Assembly (NCBI RefSeq): GCF_032116555.1
Contig: NZ_CP134949.1
Span: 3,224,001-3,288,000, forward strand
Origin: Halorarum halobium
Lineage (GTDB): Archaea > Halobacteriota > Halobacteria > Halobacteriales > Haloferacaceae
Direction: 5' to 3'
DNA: 64,000 bases
The notes beneath the pieces were generated by a model. That model saw only the letters and a program-made list of their open reading frames with translations, had not been told where the DNA came from and did no database searches. Positions 59,741 through 64,000 of this stretch are shown piece after piece (within the stretch, counting starts at the first letter, position 1; each line of letters starts with the position of its first letter). A program made the translations under genes and the position numbers.

Positions 59741-62700
59741 TCGCCTCTTCCCTCCAGCATTCCCTCGTTTTCGAGGTACAGTCGCTCCAGTTTCGCCCGC
59801 AACTCCTCGTCCGGCTCCGCCCACATGTCGCGGTCCATCGCCTCCAGCAGGCGCTCGCTCATCGACCTGATCGCCCACGGGTTGTGCTCCTCGAGGAACT
59901 CGCGGTTCTCCTCGTCCAGGAGGTACGTCTCGGAGACGTCGGCGTACATCCAGTCGTCGACGACCTCCGCCGTCGCGTCGTAGCCGAACAGGAAGTCGAC
60001 GGTCGCGGCCATCTCCAGTGCGCCCTTGTAGCCGTGCTCGTGCATCGACTCCACCCACTTGGGATTGACCACGCGGGAGCGGAACACGCGCCGGGCCTCG
60101 TCGTCGAGGTGCCGGACCTCGACGTCCTCGGGCTCGGAGCTGTCGCCGAACATCGCCGACGGGTTCTCCCCGGTGAGCGCCCGGACGGTGGCGACCATGC
60201 CGCCATGGAACTGGAGGTAGTCGTCGGAATCGAAGACGTCGTGCTCGCGGTTGTCCTGGTTCTGGACCGCGACCTGGACGTTCGAGAGCCGCTCTTTGAA
60301 CACGTCGATGGCCTCGGAGCCGTACTCGTCGTCTGTGTAGGCGTAGCCGCCCCAGTTCAGGTAGACGCCCGCGAGGTCCTCGTCCGTCTCCCAGTTGCGC
60401 TGGTTGATCGCCGGCAGGATGCCCGCGCCGTAGGTCCCCGGCTTGCTGCCGAACACGCGGTAGCGCGACCGCCGCTCGGCCTCCTCGGGGTCCATCCCCT
60501 CCGCCTCGTAGTTCGTCCGGTCGCGTTCCGCGTGTTTCCGGACGTAGTTCCGCTCGGGCGGCTCGTCCAGGTCGGCGACCGTGTTCACTGCCTCGTCGAG
60601 CAGGTCGACGACGTGCGGGAACGCGTCCCGGAAGAAGCCGCTGATGCGGACGGTGACGTCGATGCGCGGCCGCCCGAGCTCCTCGAGTGGAATCACGTTC
60701 AGCCCCTCGACGCGGCGATTCTCGTCGTTCCACACCGGTTCGACCCCGAGCAGCGAGAGGATCTCCGCGACGTCGTCGCCCTTCGTGCGCATGTTCGAGG
60801 TGCCCCAGACGACGATGCCGATGGACTCGGGGTACTCGCCCTCGTCCTCCCGGTGGGTCGCCAGCAGCGAGTCGGCGAGGTCCGTGCCGACCTCCCAGGC
60901 GTACGGCGACGGGACGGCCCGGATGTCGACCGAGTAGAAGTTCCGCCCCGTCGGCAGCAGTTCCGGCATCCCCCGCGTGGGCGCGCCGCTCGGGCCCGGC
61001 GGGACGAAGTCGCCGTCGAGCCCCCGGAGGAGGTTGTCGGTCTCGTCGGTCGTGCGCCTGATCGCCGGGAGCAGGTCGTCCTCGACGTAGGTGAGGACGT
61101 CCTGGATCGGGGAGTCCGCGTCGATGCCGAACGTCTCGCGGGCGTCCGCCGCCGAGCGGCCCTCCACGAGCGGCGAGACGAGCGCCCGGGCGAACGACTC
61201 GATGGCCTCCTCGACGTCGCCCCTCGTCCGAACCCCGTCGGCGTCGACGTGCGCGAGGAACGCCGGCCTCGACCCGTCGTACGGTTTTCCTGGATCCGCC
61301 GTCACCGCGTCGTAGTCGATGCCGTACTCGTCGGCGATCGCCCGCCGGATGCCCTGGACGTGCTCGGTGTCGAGCCGGAGCAGCGAGGTGAGAAAGTGGA
61401 CGAGCTTCTCGTCGGTCGGCGGCTCGCCGAGGACGTGGAGGCCGCCGCGGATCTGCAGGGCGCCGATCTCACAGAGGTAGCCGTCGATCTCCTCGGTGAA
61501 CGCCCCGAAATCGTCCGGCTGCTCGTTGACCTGGAGGTCCTCGTCGAGGTCGTTCTCGAGGACGAGTTCCCAGATCTCGTTGCGGATCTGCGGGAGCTTC
61601 TTCGGGTCCATCTCCTCGGCCTGCTGGTACTCGTCGAGCAGCGTCTGCAGGTGGTCGAGGTCGCCGTACGTGTCCGCGGTCGTCATCGGCGGCACGAGGT
61701 GGTCGATGACGGTCGAGTGGAGCCGCCGCTTGGCCTGTGAGCCCTCGCCCGGGTCGTTCATGATGAACGGGTAGAAGACGGGCAGGTCGGGGTTGGCGAC
61801 CTCCGGGTAACACGACTCCGAGAGGGCGACGGCCTTGCCGGGGAGCCACTCGAGGGTCCCGTGTTTCCCCGCGTGGACGATGGCGTCGGCGCCGAACCCG
61901 TTCGAGAGCCAGCGGTAGAAGCCGGCGTAGTGGTGGGTCGGGACGAGGTCGGGGCTGTGATACACCGCGATGGGGTTCTCGCCGAACCCCCGGGGCGGCT
62001 GGATCCCAACGAACACGTTCTCGAACCGGACGCCGGCGAGGTAGACGTGCTCGTCGTCCCGGTAGACGTCGCCCGGCGGGTCGTCCCACTCGTCCCGCAT
62101 CTCCGCCCGAACCTCGTCGGGGAACGTCTCGAACCACTCCCCGTACTCGTCCTCGTGGATCCGGCCCGGGGCCTCCCGCATCTGCTCGCGCGTGAGGAAC
62201 TGCTCGTCGTACCCGCCCCGGTCGATCAGCGTCTCCATCAGGGCGTCGCCGTCCTCCGGGATCTCGCCGGTCCGGTAGCCGGCATCCCGCAACCGTTCGA
62301 GCACGTTGATGACCGACGCGGGCGTGTCCAGCCCGACGGCGTTGCCGACCCGCGCGTTGCTCGTCGGGAAGTTGGTGAGCAGGACGGCGACCTTCTTCTC
62401 CTCGTTGTCCAGCCGCCCCAGCCGCGCGTACCGGTCGGCGACGTCGACGGTCGACCCAGTCCGGTCGGGAACGGGATGCTGTCGATAGACCGGGCCCGTG
62501 ACGGCGTCGTCGAGTTCGACGGGTTCACGGAACGACGAGGCGTTGCCGGTTATTCGGCCGTCGAACTCCGGCATCGCGACCTTGTTCGCCGTGTCACGCG
62601 GCGGCAGTCCCTCCTCGTTCGCCTCCCACTCCTCGACGGTCTCGGAGGAGTTCATCCCCTGGACGACGGGGACGTCCAGGTCGGCGAGAAAGTCGTTCGA

Positions 62701-63519
62701 GCCGGCGTCTTTCGTGGTGCCCCGCTCGTTGCGCCGTAACGAGCCCATGTGATAGCTGAGGGTGGTGAGTATCACGTCCGGCACGGTGCCCTCGTCGTCG
62801 GTCAGGTACTCGTCGACCACCGCGGGAGCCGACGCCGAGGCGGAGTCGTCCCGGTTCCGCATCGAGTAACAGAAGATCGGGAGCGGGTCGTAGCCCTCGG
62901 CCCGCGCCCGCTCGATCAGGGCGTCGACCGCGTCCAGGTTCCCGCTGATCCAGTTGGCGCGATAGAAGAGGATGGCCATCACGGGGCGGTCCGAGCCGAA
63001 CGTCCGGTTCCGGAACGCGTCCAGGTCCCGCGTCGCGTCGTCGAGATCCGGGTGATAGAGCCCGTGCCAGGGCAGCTCCTCCGGGTCGTCGTACTCGTAG
63101 TCGGCGACGAGATAGCGCGCGGCGAGATACCGGAACAGGTTCTCGAAGTTGGGGACGCCGCCGTGGCTGAAGTACTCGAAGACGGTCCCCGTCTCGGCCG
63201 GGGTGGCGGTGCTCAGCGCCGTCAGTTCGGGATCCATCTCCCGGGTTCCCGGGAGCACGAGCAGCGGGACGTTCCGGTCCCGGGCCAGCTCCGAGAGGAC
63301 GTCCAGCCCGGTCTCGAAGTACTGTTTCCCGCCCAGAACCCGGACGACGATGGCCCCGGGCTCCGTCCCGAGGTCGTCCAGGAACGCCTCGAGTTCCGCC
63401 CGCGACTGGAGGTGGTCCGTCCCCGCCATCCGGACCGGCGGGAAATCGCTCGGTAGCCGTTCCAGGGCCTGCTGTGCCGTGAGAAGCTCCGTGTCCACGG
63501 ACGTGATGAAGAGTATCAT
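59737..63519 (-). CDS. cobN: Cobaltochelatase subunit CobN
   Basis: GKHGTLEWLPGK, LPTGRNFY, RPRIDV and NPKW..GYKG motifs. Confidence 0.95.
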   Translation of the reverse strand: MILFITSVDTELLTAQQALERLPSDFPPVRMAGTDHLQSRAELEAFLDDLGTEPGAIVVRVLGGKQYFETGLDVLSELARDRNVPLLVLPGTREMDPELTALSTATPAETGTVFEYFSHGGVPNFENLFRYLAARYLVADYEYDDPEELPWHGLYHPDLDDATRDLDAFRNRTFGSDRPVMAILFYRANWISGNLDAVDALIERARAEGYDPLPIFCYSMRNRDDSASASAPAVVDEYLTDDEGTVPDVILTTLSYHMGSLRRNERGTTKDAGSNDFLADLDVPVVQGMNSSETVEEWEANEEGLPPRDTANKVAMPEFDGRITGNASSFREPVELDDAVTGPVYRQHPVPDRTGSTVDVADRYARLGRLDNEEKKVAVLLTNFPTSNARVGNAVGLDTPASVINVLERLRDAGYRTGEIPEDGDALMETLIDRGGYDEQFLTREQMREAPGRIHEDEYGEWFETFPDEVRAEMRDEWDDPPGDVYRDDEHVYLAGVRFENVFVGIQPPRGFGENPIAVYHSPDLVPTHHYAGFYRWLSNGFGADAIVHAGKHGTLEWLPGKAVALSESCYPEVANPDLPVFYPFIMNDPGEGSQAKRRLHSTVIDHLVPPMTTADTYGDLDHLQTLLDEYQQAEEMDPKKLPQIRNEIWELVLENDLDEDLQVNEQPDDFGAFTEEIDGYLCEIGALQIRGGLHVLGEPPTDEKLVHFLTSLLRLDTEHVQGIRRAIADEYGIDYDAVTADPGKPYDGSRPAFLAHVDADGVRTRGDVEEAIESFARALVSPLVEGRSAADARETFGIDADSPIQDVLTYVEDDLLPAIRRTTDETDNLLRGLDGDFVPPGPSGAPTRGMPELLPTGRNFYSVDIRAVPSPYAWEVGTDLADSLLATHREDEGEYPESIGIVVWGTSNMRTKGDDVAEILSLLGVEPVWNDENRRVEGLNVIPLEELGRPRIDVTVRISGFFRDAFPHVVDLLDEAVNTVADLDEPPERNYVRKHAERDRTNYEAEGMDPEEAERRSRYRVFGSKPGTYGAGILPAINQRNWETDEDLAGVYLNWGGYAYTDDEYGSEAIDVFKERLSNVQVAVQNQDNREHDVFDSDDYLQFHGGMVATVRALTGENPSAMFGDSSEPEDVEVRHLDDEARRVFRSRVVNPKWVESMHEHGYKGALEMAATVDFLFGYDATAEVVDDWMYADVSETYLLDEENREFLEEHNPWAIRSMSERLLEAMDRDMWAEPDEELRAKLERLYLENEGMLEGRGE

Positions 63520-63581
63520 TGGGCCGAAGCGTACTCACCGAAAGTTATACAACTATATTAGTTCTTTTGCAAGCGTAGCTT

Positions 63582-63770
63582 ATGTCCGTCGCAAACGACA
63601 CGGTCCACGACAGGATCGAACGAGCCCGGATCGAACTCTCGCCCGTCCAGCTCACGGCCGTGCTGGGCTTCGTCGCCGCGGTCGGGTTCCTCCTGCTGTT
63701 CGTCCAGGAGCCGCTCGTTCACGACTCGATGCACAACCTCAGGCACGCCGCCGGGATCACCTGTCACTGA
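63582..63770 (+). CDS. cbtB: Cobalt transporter subunit CbtB
   Basis: Single TM followed by HDSMHNLRHAAGITCH. Confidence 0.9.
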   Translation: MSVANDTVHDRIERARIELSPVQLTAVLGFVAAVGFLLLFVQEPLVHDSMHNLRHAAGITCH

Positions 63771-63771
63771 G

Positions 63772-64000
63772 ATGTTCACGGACTACCTGACCCGCGGTGT
63801 GAAGGCGGGGCTGGTCGCCGGGATCGTCTTCGGCCTGTTCATGGCGCTGGCCGCGAACCCGCTCGTCGTCTACGCCGACGAGATGAACCACGCCGCCGGG
63901 GAGGGGGACCACGCACACGGCGAGGGCGGAACGCCCTGGGAGTGGGCCGGCTCGTACCACCTCGAACCGGGCACCTACACGTACACGTTCCAGGAGGGGC
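63772..64000 (+). CDS. cbtA: Cobalt transporter subunit CbtA (runs off the window)
   Basis: MFTDYLTRGVKAGLVAGIVFGLF...His-rich loop; follows cbtB. Confidence 0.8.
   Translation, partial: MFTDYLTRGVKAGLVAGIVFGLFMALAANPLVVYADEMNHAAGEGDHAHGEGGTPWEWAGSYHLEPGTYTYTFQEG

Noticed and set aside
63520..63581. Cobalamin riboswitch upstream of cbtB or cobN
   Set aside because: The region is too short and lacks recognisable B12-box elements.

Overview
This is a high-GC chromosomal segment of a halophilic archaeon (class Halobacteria), judged from acidic proteins and archaeal markers (TFB, Spt5, NreA, CheF). It is mostly core genes: ftsZ-secE-spt5; cinA, an aminotransferase, an ArsA/Get3 ATPase, a rhomboid protease and endonuclease V; the ppa-PadR(RosR-like)-rnhA-tfb-nreA block; polX; methylmalonyl-CoA mutase; a MinD-like ATPase; a Liv-type ABC transporter; coxA with accessory genes; a DRG GTPase; a partial chemotaxis cluster; a KaiC/RAD55 module; and cobalamin genes (cobO, cbiA, cbiE, chlID-like, cobN, cbtB/A). 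I found no rRNA, tRNA, CRISPR array, transposase or provirus. The most unusual signal is a family of modular palindromic intergenic elements at about 1.0, 7.9, 10.0 and 20.6-21.3 kb. The largest has 40-bp terminal inverted repeats and an internal array of triloop hairpins, and similar hairpins appear in frame inside polX. Other points of interest are a decayed wHTH/membrane-protein/ferritin-like module sharing a 25-bp upstream motif, several unannotated small proteins, a 36-bp tandem repeat and a possibly bacterial-type CobN. Family assignments come from motif recognition, not database searches.
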